Shown here in pieces: positions 1-9,638 of a DNA stretch of 64,000 nucleotides. Under the pieces are notes generated by a model, which ran no database searches, had not been told where the DNA came from, and was given only the letters and a program-made list of their open reading frames with translations. Where the stretch lies: contig NZ_JBCNKR010000006.1 in the NCBI RefSeq assembly GCF_039595935.1, positions 1,693,284 to 1,757,283 on the forward strand. Reading direction: 5' to 3'. Numbering within the stretch: position 1 is the stretch's first letter; the number at the start of each line of letters is the position of its first letter. The position numbers and the translations under genes were made by a program. This DNA is from Flavobacterium sp. GTDB lineage: Bacteria; Bacteroidota; Bacteroidia; Flavobacteriales; Flavobacteriaceae.

Positions 1-622
1 TCTGGAAGCACTGTTTTTTGGAAATTTGGCCTTGTTAGACGGAGAAAAAGAAGACGAATATTTTAAAGATTTGAAGTTCAGATATTTTTTCCTTTTGCAT
101 AAATACCAATTAGAAAAACCATTTATAAATCCGGTTCAGTTTTTTAAACATCGACCAGACAATTTTCCAACGATTCGGCTTTCACAACTGGCTAATTTGT
201 ATCATAAATATCAAAACTTGTTTTATAAAATAATTGCTTTAAAATCGGCTAAAAACGTTTATGAATTACTTAGTATTCTGGTTAGTCCGTATTGGCAGAA
301 TCATTATCAGTTCGACAAAGAAAGTCCAAAGAAAGCCAAAACACTTTCAAAATCATTTTTGGATTTAATCATCATAAACACAATAATTCCTATTCAGTTT
401 GCTTATTCAACAATAATGGGAGATGCTATTTTAGAAGACTTAATTGATTTTATGAATGAAGTTGTTCCTGAAAAAAACGCAGTTATAGATAAATTTGAGT
501 CTTTCGGAATTAAAGCAAAAAATGCATTCGAAACTCAAACTTTATTAGAATTGAAAAATGAATATTGCAATAATAAAGCATGTCTGAAATGTGCAATAGG
601 AATGGAGCTTCTGAAAAATTAG
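1..622 (+). CDS. DUF2851-like protein, C-terminal fragment (5' end upstream of window)
   Basis: Frame open from window edge to TAG 620-622; PDNFPTIRLSQLANLY and C-terminal CNNKACLKC resemble Bacteroidota DUF2851 proteins (recognition only). Confidence 0.5.
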   Translation, partial: LEALFFGNLALLDGEKEDEYFKDLKFRYFFLLHKYQLEKPFINPVQFFKHRPDNFPTIRLSQLANLYHKYQNLFYKIIALKSAKNVYELLSILVSPYWQNHYQFDKESPKKAKTLSKSFLDLIIINTIIPIQFAYSTIMGDAILEDLIDFMNEVVPEKNAVIDKFESFGIKAKNAFETQTLLELKNEYCNNKACLKCAIGMELLKN

Positions 623-722
623 TTAATCAGAAAATGTGATAATGAGATAATTTGTACTTTTGTAATCAGATGCAAAGCGAAAAAAATCTAAAATCTACAG
701 TCTAAAATCTAAAATAATAAAA

Positions 723-950
723 ATGTCAGCTATTTTAAAACTTAAATTCTTTTTTGAAAAATACGGTTTTCATGTTTCATCAAGACTGGCAGATAAACTC
801 GGAATGCGCGTAACAAGTGTTAGATTGTTTTTTATCTATATCTCGTTTGTTACTGCCGGTTTAGGATTTGGTGTTTATCTAACTTTAGCTTTTTGGATTA
901 GACTGAAAGATTTAATTCGCGCCAAAAGAACATCAGTTTTCGATTTATAA
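723..950 (+). CDS. PspC-domain small membrane protein
   Basis: 75-aa ATG ORF; LADKLGMRVTSVRLFFIY followed by one hydrophobic helix, as in stand-alone PspC-domain proteins. Confidence 0.55.
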   Translation: MSAILKLKFFFEKYGFHVSSRLADKLGMRVTSVRLFFIYISFVTAGLGFGVYLTLAFWIRLKDLIRAKRTSVFDL

Positions 951-976
951 TTCAAACATTCATTCATATAAAGCAT

Positions 977-1009
977 AAAAAAAACCTGTTCAATTGAACA
1001 GGTTTTTTC
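977..1009. terminator. bidirectional intrinsic terminator between convergent genes
   Basis: AACCTGTTC/GAACAGGTT stem (983-1004) with A-run upstream and T-run downstream. Confidence 0.7.
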
Positions 1010-1022
1010 ATATAATCTTTTA

Positions 1023-2534
1023 TTAGATTTCTTCAGCTTCGCTTTCAGGATTATTAAGTTTTGCTCTTTTTTTACTGTAAGCAAAATAAACAATAATACC
1101 TAAAGTTCCCCAGCATAAGAAAGCAATCCAGGTATCATGTCTTACCTGAGTCATTAAGAATAAGTTGAATGATACTCCTAATGTTCCAACTAAATAAACT
1201 GCCGGAGTTTTGTAATGTCTTTCTAATTCTGGTTTTTTGTATCTTAAAATCATTACGGCAACACACACCATTCCAAATGCTAATAATGTTCCCATACTAC
1301 ACATTTCACTTACTTTTTCAATTGGAGTAAGAGCAGCAACAATAGAAATAATTGTTCCTACTAAAAATGTACTCTTATAAGGTGTTTTAAAACTAGTGTG
1401 AAGTTTACTGAAAAACGGAGGTAATAAACCGTCTCTTGACATTCCTAAGAAAATACGAGTCTGTCCAAGCATCATAACAAGCATTACAGATGTTAAACCT
1501 GCTGTAGCAGCAATTGTAATGATAAATACCGCCCAAGTTAATCCGTTTTCGCTAAATGCAGAAGCAACCGGTGCAGCTTTGTCTAATTGATCGTAGTGAA
1601 CCATTCCGGTTAATACTAATGACACAAGGATATAAAGAATAGTACAAATTACTAATGAAGCAATAATAGCAAATGGTACATCTTTTTTAGGATTAATAGC
1701 TTCTCCTGCCTGAGTAGAAACGGCATCAAAACCGATATAAGCAAAGAAAACAATTGTAGCAGCTGTTAATACACCTCCAAATCCAAAATTCATTTTTCCG
1801 GTAGCATTTCCTAATGCATCCAAAGCAGGAACTTCAGTAGGAATAAAAGGATGCCAGTTGTCTACATTAATGTAAAAAGCACCACAGATAATTACAAAAA
1901 GAACTACAGCAATTTTTACAATTACAATTAAATTGTTTGTACTTGCCGCTTCTTTAATTCCTTTTACAAGAATCGCAGTTACGATCCATGTAATGATAAA
2001 AGCAGGTAAGTTAAATGCAAATGTAGGTACATCAATTTGATCGAGAGGGAATTCTTTATTATGTTCGGCAACTTTTTCTATAGCAGTATGTAAGTCATTA
2101 CAGAGCCAGATTGGAATGTTAATTCCAAATAAATGGAGAAGTTTTACAAAATAACCGCTCCAGGCGACTGCAACGGTAGTGGCTCCCATCATATATTCAA
2201 GAATCAGGTTCCACCCAATGAACCATGCAAAAATTTCGCCGATTGTTCCGTATGCATATGCATATGCAGAACCTTCTACTGGTAATACTGAAGCAAATTC
2301 AGCATAACAAAGAGAAGCAAATAAACAGCCTATACCTGCAATAACAAAGGATAGAGCTAAAGCTGGACCCGCATAATCATGCGCTGCGATTCCTGTTAAA
2401 GTGAAAATTCCTCCACCTATGATTGCCCCAATTCCTAATGAGGTCAATCCCCATCTTGTAAGAACTCTTTTTAAATCACTTTTTTTCATATCAGCCTCAA
2501 AAGCCGATATTGGTTTAACTCTCCAAATTGACAT
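1023..2534 (-). CDS. APC-superfamily amino acid permease
   Basis: 503-aa ATG ORF, many hydrophobic segments, N-terminal LTSLGIGAIIGGGIF region typical of amino acid/polyamine/organocation transporters. Confidence 0.85.
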   Translation of the reverse strand: MSIWRVKPISAFEADMKKSDLKRVLTRWGLTSLGIGAIIGGGIFTLTGIAAHDYAGPALALSFVIAGIGCLFASLCYAEFASVLPVEGSAYAYAYGTIGEIFAWFIGWNLILEYMMGATTVAVAWSGYFVKLLHLFGINIPIWLCNDLHTAIEKVAEHNKEFPLDQIDVPTFAFNLPAFIITWIVTAILVKGIKEAASTNNLIVIVKIAVVLFVIICGAFYINVDNWHPFIPTEVPALDALGNATGKMNFGFGGVLTAATIVFFAYIGFDAVSTQAGEAINPKKDVPFAIIASLVICTILYILVSLVLTGMVHYDQLDKAAPVASAFSENGLTWAVFIITIAATAGLTSVMLVMMLGQTRIFLGMSRDGLLPPFFSKLHTSFKTPYKSTFLVGTIISIVAALTPIEKVSEMCSMGTLLAFGMVCVAVMILRYKKPELERHYKTPAVYLVGTLGVSFNLFLMTQVRHDTWIAFLCWGTLGIIVYFAYSKKRAKLNNPESEAEEI

Positions 2535-2564
2535 ACTATTTTATTGGTTTATTGTTATTAAGCT

Positions 2565-2572
2565 CCAAATGT
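2565..2572 (-). promoter_or_regulatory. Bacteroidota sigma-A -7 box TACATTTG
   Basis: Exact TAnnTTTG match on minus strand about 31 nt upstream of the permease ATG at 2534. Confidence 0.5.
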
Positions 2573-2821
2573 ATCGTTTTTTGTAAAAAATAAAAACAAT
2601 TATGATATTTTAAGTTATAAAATATTTAATTTTTTGATTTATTCTGTTTGCAATGTTCTGTTAGTGCTGAGTTTATTTTAATCTCGATATAAATCGATTG
2701 AGTTCGTTATGCAGGTTTTGTGAATAATATTTTTAGTATTTTTCTTAATAAATAAAAATATTATACCGTATTTTATGCTTTTTTATAAGATCAAATATTT
2801 ACAATAATCACATATATTAAG

Positions 2822-3697
2822 ATGTTAAGCCAATATTTCAAATTTACAAGCCAGCAAAAAACAGGTATTTTTTTATTTTTAATAATAATTATCACGCTGC
2901 AGTTAATTTATTTTTTTGTCGATTTTAACCAGAATGAAAAAACATTTCCGGAAGAGACTAAATGGTTAGCCTTACAAAAAGAAATAGATGCAGCAAAAGA
3001 AGTAAAATACACAGAAAAGCAAAAAGTGTATACTTTTAATCCTAATTTCATTTCTGATTATAAAGGATACAAACTCGGAATGTCAGTTGAAGAAATTGAT
3101 CGACTGCTGGCTTTTCGAAAAGAAAATAAATATGTAAACTCAGCCGAAGAATTTCAAAAAGTAACAAAAATCTCTGATTCATTATTAAATGTAATTGCTC
3201 CTTTGTTTAAATTCCCGGATTGGACACAAAAGAAAAATGAATATAAAGCAGATAAAAAAGAATATGTCCAAAAAACATTTCCGAAAAGAGAAACTATAAT
3301 ACTTAAGGATATTAATCAGGCCAGTCAGGAAGATTTAATAGCAATTTATGGTATTGGAGATGCATTATCTTCAAGAATATTAAAACAAAAGGAAATTTTA
3401 GGTGGTTTCGTTTCTATGGAACAACTTGAAGATGTATGGGGGCTTTCGCCAGAAGTTATTGCGCAATTGAATAGTCATTTTAAAGTGATAATGCCATCAG
3501 GTTTTAAGAAGATTGCTATAAATGATGCGACATTAAAAGAGTTATCTCAGTTTCCTTATTTCAAATATTCTCTCGCAAAACAAATTGTAACTTATAGAAG
3601 TATGAACGGAAATTTTAATAATATTGAGGATTTGATAAAAATTAAAGGTTTTCCTGTTGAAAAAGCAAAAATAATTAGTTTATATTTGGAGTTCTAA
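2822..3697 (+). CDS. ComEA-like helix-hairpin-helix DNA-binding protein
   Basis: 291 aa, N-terminal membrane helix, repeated HhH-like segments (LIAIYGIGDALSSRIL; IKIKGFPVEKAKII). Confidence 0.6.
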   Translation: MLSQYFKFTSQQKTGIFLFLIIIITLQLIYFFVDFNQNEKTFPEETKWLALQKEIDAAKEVKYTEKQKVYTFNPNFISDYKGYKLGMSVEEIDRLLAFRKENKYVNSAEEFQKVTKISDSLLNVIAPLFKFPDWTQKKNEYKADKKEYVQKTFPKRETIILKDINQASQEDLIAIYGIGDALSSRILKQKEILGGFVSMEQLEDVWGLSPEVIAQLNSHFKVIMPSGFKKIAINDATLKELSQFPYFKYSLAKQIVTYRSMNGNFNNIEDLIKIKGFPVEKAKIISLYLEF

Positions 3698-3711
3698 AAA
3701 ATAACTAACTA

Positions 3712-4854
3712 ATGAATTTTGATTATAACGAAACGCAGTCGATGATTGCTCAATCTATAAAAGACTTTGCAGAGAAAAATATAAAACCACATATAATGGA
3801 GTGGGACGAAGCTCAGATTTTTCCAGTAGACTTATTTAAAAAATTAGGAGAGATGGGGTTTATGGGAGTTCTTGTGCCTGAAGAATATGGAGGTTCGGGG
3901 TTGGGATACCATGAATATATTACGGTAGTTGAAGAAATTTCAAAAGTAGATCCTTCAATAGGTTTGTCAGTTGCCGCGCATAATTCGCTTTGCACCAATC
4001 ATATTTTGACATTTGGAAACGAAGAACAAAAGAAAAAGTATTTACCAAAATTAGCCACTGCAGAATATATTGGAGCCTGGGGATTAACAGAACACAATAC
4101 AGGTTCTGATGCAGGCGGAATGAATACTACCGCTGTTAAAGACGGAGATTATTGGGTTATTAATGGGGCTAAAAATTTTATTACCCATGCCATATCTGGC
4201 GATGTTGCAGTTGTAATTGCCCGAACAGGTGAAAAAGGCGATTCTAAAGGAATGACAGCTTTTGTGCTGGAAAAGGGAATGCCTGGTTTTTCTTCAGGTA
4301 AAAAAGAAAATAAACTGGGAATGCGTGCCAGCGAAACTGCAGAATTAGTTTTTGATAACTGCCGTGTACCGGATGCGAATAGATTAGGTGAAATAGGACA
4401 AGGATTTGTTCAGGCTATGAAAATTTTAGATGGCGGTCGAATTTCAATTGGCGCTTTATCACTTGGTATAGCAAAAGGAGCTTATGAAGCCGCATTGAAA
4501 TATTCGAAAGAAAGACATCAATTTGGACAGCCAATAAGCAGTTTTCAGGGAATCTCATTCAAATTAGCCGATATGGCAACGGAGATTGAAGCTTCAGAAC
4601 TATTATTGCACAAAGCGGCATATTTAAAACAACAACATAAACCAGTAACAACTTCGGGAGCAATGGCTAAAATGTATGCTTCAGAAGCTTGCGTGAAAAT
4701 TGCAAACGAAGCGGTTCAAATTCATGGAGGTTACGGTTATACAAAAGATTTTCCGGTAGAGAAATTCTACAGAGATTCTAAATTATGTACTATAGGAGAA
4801 GGAACTACGGAAATTCAGAAGCTGGTTATCTCGAGAAATTTGTTGAAAGAGTAA
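3712..4854 (+). CDS. acyl-CoA dehydrogenase
   Basis: 380 aa; GAWGLTEHNTGSDAGG, ITHA and C-terminal IHGGYGY..RDSKL.TIGEGT motifs of the ACAD family. Confidence 0.9.
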   Translation: MNFDYNETQSMIAQSIKDFAEKNIKPHIMEWDEAQIFPVDLFKKLGEMGFMGVLVPEEYGGSGLGYHEYITVVEEISKVDPSIGLSVAAHNSLCTNHILTFGNEEQKKKYLPKLATAEYIGAWGLTEHNTGSDAGGMNTTAVKDGDYWVINGAKNFITHAISGDVAVVIARTGEKGDSKGMTAFVLEKGMPGFSSGKKENKLGMRASETAELVFDNCRVPDANRLGEIGQGFVQAMKILDGGRISIGALSLGIAKGAYEAALKYSKERHQFGQPISSFQGISFKLADMATEIEASELLLHKAAYLKQQHKPVTTSGAMAKMYASEACVKIANEAVQIHGGYGYTKDFPVEKFYRDSKLCTIGEGTTEIQKLVISRNLLKE

Positions 4855-4956
4855 AGAGTAAAGAGAATAGATTATAGAAAAAAGTCTTTACTCTATTTTC
4901 TTTTTTCTAAAAAAAAATAATTCATAATTTATACTTCATAATTCATAATTAATTTT

Positions 4957-4964
4957 TACATTTG
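4957..4964 (+). promoter_or_regulatory. Bacteroidota sigma-A -7 box TACATTTG
   Basis: Exact TAnnTTTG match 30 nt upstream of rpsU ATG. Confidence 0.6.
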
Positions 4965-4993
4965 CAGCCTTAACGAGAGGAGGTGTCTATATT

Positions 4994-5188
4994 ATGTTAA
5001 TTATACCAATTAAAGACGGAGAAAATATCGATAGAGCATTAAAGCGCTATAAAAGAAAATTTGATAAAACAGGAACTGTTCGTCAATTAAGAGCACGTAC
5101 TGCTTTTATTAAGCCTTCTGTTGTAAAAAGAGCTCAAATTCAAAAAGCTGCTTACATCCAAACTTTGAAAGATAGTTTAGAGAGTTAA
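4994..5188 (+). CDS. rpsU: 30S ribosomal protein S21
   Basis: 64 aa, MLIIPIKDGENIDRALKRYKRKFDKTG is the conserved S21 N-terminus. Confidence 0.92.
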   Translation: MLIIPIKDGENIDRALKRYKRKFDKTGTVRQLRARTAFIKPSVVKRAQIQKAAYIQTLKDSLES

Positions 5189-5211
5189 TATTAAGCTTTT
5201 CAAAAATAATT

Positions 5212-5257
5212 ACCGTTAGTGGTCAAAATGTTTTAATTTTGATGCTAACGGTTTTTT
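5212..5257 (+). terminator. intrinsic terminator after rpsU
   Basis: ACCGTTAG/CTAACGGT outer stem with inner TCAAAAT/ATTTTGA pairing, followed by a T-run. Confidence 0.7.
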
Positions 5258-5275
5258 ATTTTTAAACCTTTTTAT

Positions 5276-6169
5276 ATGAATTCAAATAAAGAAGCTTTTC
5301 GTAATTATCTACAGTTGGAGAAGAAGTATTCTCCGCATACGGTCAATGCTTATTTGAATGATATCACCTTTTTTGAAGAATTTAATAAGACTAACTTTGA
5401 GCAGGAAGGAATTGAAAAGGTTAATTATAGTCAAATTAGAAGTTGGATTGTTTTTTTGGTAGATCAGGAAATTTCAAATGTTTCTGTAAATCGTAAAATG
5501 GCTTCTTTGAAAGCTTTTTATAAATTTCTTTTGAAGATTAAGCAAATAGAGGTAAATCCGATGCTGAAGCATAAAGCGCTTAAAACTCCTAAAATTGTAC
5601 AAGTTCCGTTTTCTGAGAAAGAAGTAAATGATTTAATGGCAGGTGTGGATTCTCCTTCTGGGTTTGAAGAAATAAGGGATAAACTTATTGTAGATCTTTT
5701 TTATACGACAGGAATGCGACGTGCAGAATTGATAAGTTTGACGGTGAAAAATGTTGATTTGTCTTCAAATGTTGTTAAGGTGCTTGGTAAAAGAAATAAA
5801 GAAAGGATTGTGCCGCTTTTGTCAATAGTTGTTGATCAGATTGGTTTGTATCTAAAAGAAAGAGAGCAGCTTGATCAGATTGTAGATTCGGATAATTTTT
5901 TTATTTCGAAAAAAGGGTTAAAATTAAGCGAATCTTTTGTGTATCGATTAATAAATTGTTACTTTAGTAGGGTCTCTGAAAAGGTAAAAAAGAGTCCGCA
6001 TGTGTTACGGCATACTTTTGCGACTCACTTGCTTAATAACGGGGCAGATTTAAATTCAGTTAAAGAATTATTAGGGCATTCAAGTTTGGCGTCTACTCAG
6101 GTTTATACTCATAATAGTTTAGCAGAACTTAAAAAAGTTTATTCAGATGCTCATCCGAGAAATAAATAA
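5276..6169 (+). CDS. tyrosine recombinase, XerC/XerD family
   Basis: 297 aa; N-terminal SAM-like core-binding domain, C-terminal R..HVLRHTFATHL..LLGH..Y catalytic motifs. Confidence 0.85.
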   Translation: MNSNKEAFRNYLQLEKKYSPHTVNAYLNDITFFEEFNKTNFEQEGIEKVNYSQIRSWIVFLVDQEISNVSVNRKMASLKAFYKFLLKIKQIEVNPMLKHKALKTPKIVQVPFSEKEVNDLMAGVDSPSGFEEIRDKLIVDLFYTTGMRRAELISLTVKNVDLSSNVVKVLGKRNKERIVPLLSIVVDQIGLYLKEREQLDQIVDSDNFFISKKGLKLSESFVYRLINCYFSRVSEKVKKSPHVLRHTFATHLLNNGADLNSVKELLGHSSLASTQVYTHNSLAELKKVYSDAHPRNK

Positions 6170-6203
6170 TAATTCTGAAATGTTTAACCCTAAAATTATT
6201 ATT

Positions 6204-6506
6204 ATGAAGGTAGATGTTCATGCAGTTAACTTTACTGTCGACAGAAAATTGGTGGATTTTATTCAAGAGAGAATGGATAAGCTGGAAAAGTATTACGACC
6301 GAGTAGTATCGGCTGATGTTTTTTTAAAAGTTGAAAGAACAAGTGATAAGGAGAATAAGGCGGTAGAGATTAAGATTAATGTTCCGGGAGATGAGTTTTT
6401 GGTTAAAAAACAGTGTAAGTCCTTTGAGGAAGCAGTGGAGCTTTCTGCGGAATCTTTAGAACGTTTACTGGTAAAAAGGAAAGAAAAAATAAGAGCACAT
6501 ATTTAA
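6204..6506 (+). CDS. hpf: ribosome hibernation promoting factor / RaiA family (short form)
   Basis: 100 aa from ATG 6204 (the longer ORF from 6147 overlaps the recombinase gene); MKVDVHAVNFTVDRKL.DFI..KL.KL pattern of HPF/YfiA. Confidence 0.8.
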   Translation: MKVDVHAVNFTVDRKLVDFIQERMDKLEKYYDRVVSADVFLKVERTSDKENKAVEIKINVPGDEFLVKKQCKSFEEAVELSAESLERLLVKRKEKIRAHI

Positions 6507-6551
6507 TTGAAATTTTTTTCAAAAAATGTTTTGATTAAAAGATAAAATAGC

Positions 6552-6559
6552 TACATTTG
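6552..6559 (+). promoter_or_regulatory. candidate -7 box TACATTTG upstream of the tRNA-tuf block
   Basis: Exact TAnnTTTG match 38 nt upstream of tRNA-Thr. Confidence 0.4.
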
Positions 6560-6560
6560 C

Positions 6561-6587
6561 AGTCCGTTAGAAATAGCGGACTTTTTT
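6561..6587 (+). terminator. hairpin plus T-run downstream of hpf
   Basis: AGTCCG/CGGACT stem, 10-nt loop, TTTTTT. Confidence 0.45.
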
Positions 6588-6596
6588 AATGTATTC

Positions 6597-6670
6597 GCCG
6601 ATGTAGCTCAGCTGGCTAGAGCAGCTGATTTGTAATCAGCAGGTCGTGGGTTCGAGTCCCTCTATCGGCT
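6597..6670 (+). tRNA. tRNA-Thr (anticodon TGT)
   Basis: Cloverleaf folded by hand: acceptor GCCGATG/TATCGGC, anticodon arm GCTGA-TTTGTAA-TCAGC, T-loop TTCGAGT (one U-U mismatch in T stem). Confidence 0.85.
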
Positions 6671-6732
6671 CAAAAATATTTCAAATGCGATTTGGAATAA
6701 GTTCTTTTAAAGTATTGAATTTTAACGAATTA

Positions 6733-6813
6733 GGGGAGATACTCAAGCGGCCAACGAGGGCAGACTGTAAATCTGCTGTGAGAACTTCGCAGGTTCGAAT
6801 CCTGCTCTCCCCA
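6733..6813 (+). tRNA. tRNA-Tyr (anticodon GTA), long variable arm
   Basis: Acceptor GGGGAGA/TCTCCCC, anticodon arm GCAGA-CTGTAAA-TCTGC, T arm GCAGG-TTCGAAT-CCTGC. Confidence 0.9.
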
Positions 6814-6825
6814 CAAAAAAGAAGT

Positions 6826-6890
6826 TTGGAATTTAGGATTGTAGGTTTTAGGTTTTTTAACCTGAAATCTAAATTCGAAAATCTAAAATC
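6826..6890. repeat. word-repeat hairpin spacer between tRNA-Tyr and tRNA-Thr
   Basis: TTAGGATTGTAGGTTTTAGGTT faces AACCTGAAATCTAAATTCGAAAATCTAAAATC; contains the AATCTAAAAT word seen at 685-715, 56884-56919 and 57116-57145. Confidence 0.5.
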
Positions 6891-6900
6891 AGAACTCTCT

Positions 6901-6972
6901 GCCGGTGTAGCTCAGGGGTAGAGTGCTTCCTTGGTAAGGAAGAGGTCTCGGGTTCAAATCCCGACATTGGCT
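6901..6972 (+). tRNA. tRNA-Thr (anticodon GGT)
   Basis: Acceptor GCCGGTG/CATTGGC, anticodon arm CTTCC-TTGGTAA-GGAAG, T arm TCGGG-TTCAAAT-CCCGA. Confidence 0.9.
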
Positions 6973-7027
6973 CAAGTAAGTAGGAAATTGAAAATTAATA
7001 TATAACTAAGATTAAAAATTAAGTAAA

Positions 7028-8215
7028 ATGGCAAAGGAGAATTTTAATCGTTCCAAACCGCACTTAAACATAGGTACAATTGGACACGTAGATCACGGAA
7101 AAACTACATTAACTGCTGCAATTACAAAAGTATTGTCAGATGCTGGTTACTGTCAAGCAAAATCGTTTGATCAAATCGATAACGCTCCAGAGGAGAAAGA
7201 AAGAGGTATTACTATTAATACATCACACGTAGAGTATGAAACAGCTAACCGTCACTACGCTCACGTTGACTGTCCAGGTCACGCGGATTACGTAAAGAAC
7301 ATGGTTACTGGAGCTGCTCAAATGGACGGAGCTATCTTAGTAGTTGCTGCTACAGATGGTCCAATGCCACAAACTCGTGAGCACATCCTTTTAGGACGTC
7401 AGGTAGGTATTCCAAGAATCGTTGTTTTCATGAACAAAGTGGATATGGTTGATGATGCTGAGTTATTAGAGCTTGTTGAAATGGAAATTAGAGATTTATT
7501 ATCTTTCTACGAATATGATGGAGATAATGGTCCTGTAGTTCAAGGTTCTGCTTTAGGAGGATTAAACAATGATCCAAACTGGGTACCTAAAATTATCGAA
7601 TTAATGGAAGCTGTTGATAACTGGATCGAAGAGCCAGTACGTGACGTTGCTAAACCATTCTTGATGCCAGTTGAGGATGTATTTACAATTACAGGTCGTG
7701 GAACTGTAGCTACAGGTCGTATCGAAACTGGAGTTGCTAACACTGGAGATCCTGTTGAAATCATTGGTATGGGAGCTGAAAAATTAACTTCTACTATTAC
7801 AGGAGTTGAGATGTTCCGTAAAATCCTTGACAGAGGTGAAGCTGGAGATAACGTAGGTTTATTGTTAAGAGGTATTGATAAGGCTGATATCAAAAGAGGT
7901 ATGGTTATTATTAAGCCAGGTTCAGTAAAACCACACGCTAAATTCAAAGCTGAGGTTTATATCTTGAAAAAAGAAGAAGGTGGACGTCACACTCCATTTC
8001 ACAATAACTACCGTCCACAGTTCTACGTACGTACAACTGACGTAACAGGAGTTATTTCTTTACCAGCAGGTGTAGAGATGGTAATGCCAGGTGATAACTT
8101 AACTATTGAAGTTGCTTTATTAAGCCCAATCGCTATGAACGTAGGTTTACGTTTTGCTATCCGTGAAGGTGGTAGAACAGTTGGTGCTGGACAGGTTACT
8201 GAAATCGTAGAGTAA
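7028..8215 (+). CDS. tuf: elongation factor Tu
   Basis: 395 aa; [18 protein letters not shown] GTPase motifs and full-length EF-Tu sequence. Confidence 0.98.
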   Translation: MAKENFNRSKPHLNIGTIGHVDHGKTTLTAAITKVLSDAGYCQAKSFDQIDNAPEEKERGITINTSHVEYETANRHYAHVDCPGHADYVKNMVTGAAQMDGAILVVAATDGPMPQTREHILLGRQVGIPRIVVFMNKVDMVDDAELLELVEMEIRDLLSFYEYDGDNGPVVQGSALGGLNNDPNWVPKIIELMEAVDNWIEEPVRDVAKPFLMPVEDVFTITGRGTVATGRIETGVANTGDPVEIIGMGAEKLTSTITGVEMFRKILDRGEAGDNVGLLLRGIDKADIKRGMVIIKPGSVKPHAKFKAEVYILKKEEGGRHTPFHNNYRPQFYVRTTDVTGVISLPAGVEMVMPGDNLTIEVALLSPIAMNVGLRFAIREGGRTVGAGQVTEIVE

Positions 8216-8237
8216 TTCTATTAAAATAAATAAAAAA

Positions 8238-8267
8238 GCCAGTGATTATTTTTTAATCACTGGCTTT
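8238..8267 (+). terminator. hairpin after tuf
   Basis: GCCAGTGATTA/TAATCACTGGC stem, TTTTT loop, short T-run. Confidence 0.5.
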
Positions 8268-8271
8268 AATT

Positions 8272-8342
8272 ACGGGCGTAGTTCAAGGGTAGAATAGCGG
8301 TCTCCAAAACCGTTGATGGGGGTTCGAATCCCTCCGCCCGTG
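8272..8342 (+). tRNA. tRNA-Trp (anticodon CCA)
   Basis: Acceptor ACGGGCG/CGCCCGT, anticodon arm GCGGT-CTCCAAA-ACCGT, T arm GGGGG-TTCGAAT-CCCTC. Confidence 0.9.
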
Positions 8343-8360
8343 CAATAAAAAATATATCAA

Positions 8361-8558
8361 ATGACAAAAGTTACTAATTATTTATCAGAGGCTTTCGAGG
8401 AGTTAAAGTCAAATGTTACTTGGCCAGCTTGGGCTGAGGTTCAAAAATTGACAATTGTTGTGGCTGTATTTTCGATTCTGTTCGCTTTGGCAACATGGGG
8501 AGTAGACGAATTTTTTGCAAAAGCTTTGGCTGGATTTTTTAACTGGTTAAAAGGATAA
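8361..8558 (+). CDS. secE: preprotein translocase subunit SecE
   Basis: 65 aa, single C-terminal TM helix, conserved position between tRNA-Trp and nusG. Confidence 0.85.
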   Translation: MTKVTNYLSEAFEELKSNVTWPAWAEVQKLTIVVAVFSILFALATWGVDEFFAKALAGFFNWLKG

Positions 8559-8568
8559 TTTTTTTGTG

Positions 8569-9120
8569 ATGGCAGATAATAATGTGAAAAAATGGTATGT
8601 GGTTAGAGCTGTAAGCGGCCAGGAGAATAAGGTTAAAGCTTACATCGAAACTGAGATTGCCAGATTAGGTATGGGTGATTATGTTTCCCAGGTTTTAGTG
8701 CCTACTGAAAAAGTGGTTACTGTAAAAGAAGGGAAAAAAATGTCTAAGGATAAAGTATATTTCCCTGGATATGTTATGATCGAAGCTAACTTGGTTGGTG
8801 AGATACCTCATATTATTAAATCTATTACGAGTGTAATTGGTTTCTTAGGAGAGATTAAAGGCGGAGAACCTGTACCTTTAAGAATGTCTGAGGTAAATCG
8901 TATGCTAGGAAAAGTGGATGAGTTGGCTGTAAATACAGATACAAGATCAATTCCATTTAGTTTAGGAGAAACAGTAAAAGTGATCGATGGTCCTTTTAAT
9001 GGTTTCAATGGTACGGTTGAAAAAATCAATGAAGAAAAGCGTAAACTTGAAGTAATGGTTAAAATTTTCGGAAGAAAAACTCCATTAGAGTTAAGTTTTA
9101 TGCAAGTTGAAAAAGTATAA
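8569..9120 (+). CDS. nusG: transcription termination/antitermination factor NusG
   Basis: KWYVVRAVSGQENKV NGN domain and C-terminal KOW (GETVKVIDGPFNGFNGTV); ATG 8569 (GTG 8566 also possible). Confidence 0.95.
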   Translation: MADNNVKKWYVVRAVSGQENKVKAYIETEIARLGMGDYVSQVLVPTEKVVTVKEGKKMSKDKVYFPGYVMIEANLVGEIPHIIKSITSVIGFLGEIKGGEPVPLRMSEVNRMLGKVDELAVNTDTRSIPFSLGETVKVIDGPFNGFNGTVEKINEEKRKLEVMVKIFGRKTPLELSFMQVEKV

Positions 9121-9187
9121 TTTTTTGTTACACTATAATAAACCATTGTAATCGCTTCCATTGATTACAGTGTTAAATTTTTTAAAA

Positions 9188-9625
9188 ATGGCTAAAGAAA
9201 TTAGTAAGGTAGTTAAACTACAAGTTAAGGGAGGTGCTGCGAACCCGTCGCCACCGGTTGGACCTGCTTTAGGAGCTGCTGGGGTTAACATCATGGAGTT
9301 TTGTAAGCAATTTAATGCTAGAACTCAGGATAAACCTGGCAAAATTTGTCCAGTGCAAATCACTGTGTACAAAGACAAATCATTTGATTTTGTTGTTAAG
9401 ACTCCTCCAGCAGCAGTTCAGTTAATGGAAGCTGCAAAGCTAAAATCTGGTTCTGGTGAGCCTAATCGTAAAAAAGTAGCTAGCGTTACTTGGGAACAAA
9501 TTAGAGCTATTGCTGAAGACAAAATGCCAGACTTAAATGCTTTTACAGTAGAAAAAGCAATGAGTATGGTTGCTGGAACAGCTAGATCTATGGGTATAAC
9601 TGTATCAGGAGATGCTCCTTTTTAA
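9188..9625 (+). CDS. rplK: 50S ribosomal protein L11
   Basis: [29 protein letters not shown] from ATG 9188 (track ORF begins at an upstream TTG). Confidence 0.95.
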   Translation: MAKEISKVVKLQVKGGAANPSPPVGPALGAAGVNIMEFCKQFNARTQDKPGKICPVQITVYKDKSFDFVVKTPPAAVQLMEAAKLKSGSGEPNRKKVASVTWEQIRAIAEDKMPDLNAFTVEKAMSMVAGTARSMGITVSGDAPF

Positions 9626-9638
9626 TTAAGAAAAAGAC

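Noticed and set aside
5276-6169. Tyrosine recombinase as the marker of an integrated element.
   Set aside because: It sits between rpsU and hpf, immediately next to the tRNA-tuf block. It has no flanking direct repeats or cargo genes. Its sequence and length fit a chromosomal Xer-type dimer-resolution enzyme.
6646-6921. 91-aa ORF on the + strand.
   Set aside because: It runs straight through tRNA-Thr, tRNA-Tyr and the start of the second tRNA-Thr, so it is an artefact of translating structural RNA genes.
7540-7947. 135-aa ORF antisense to tuf.
   Set aside because: It lies entirely inside a highly conserved gene on the other strand, has low-complexity composition and no promoter box. This is typical shadow-ORF behaviour.
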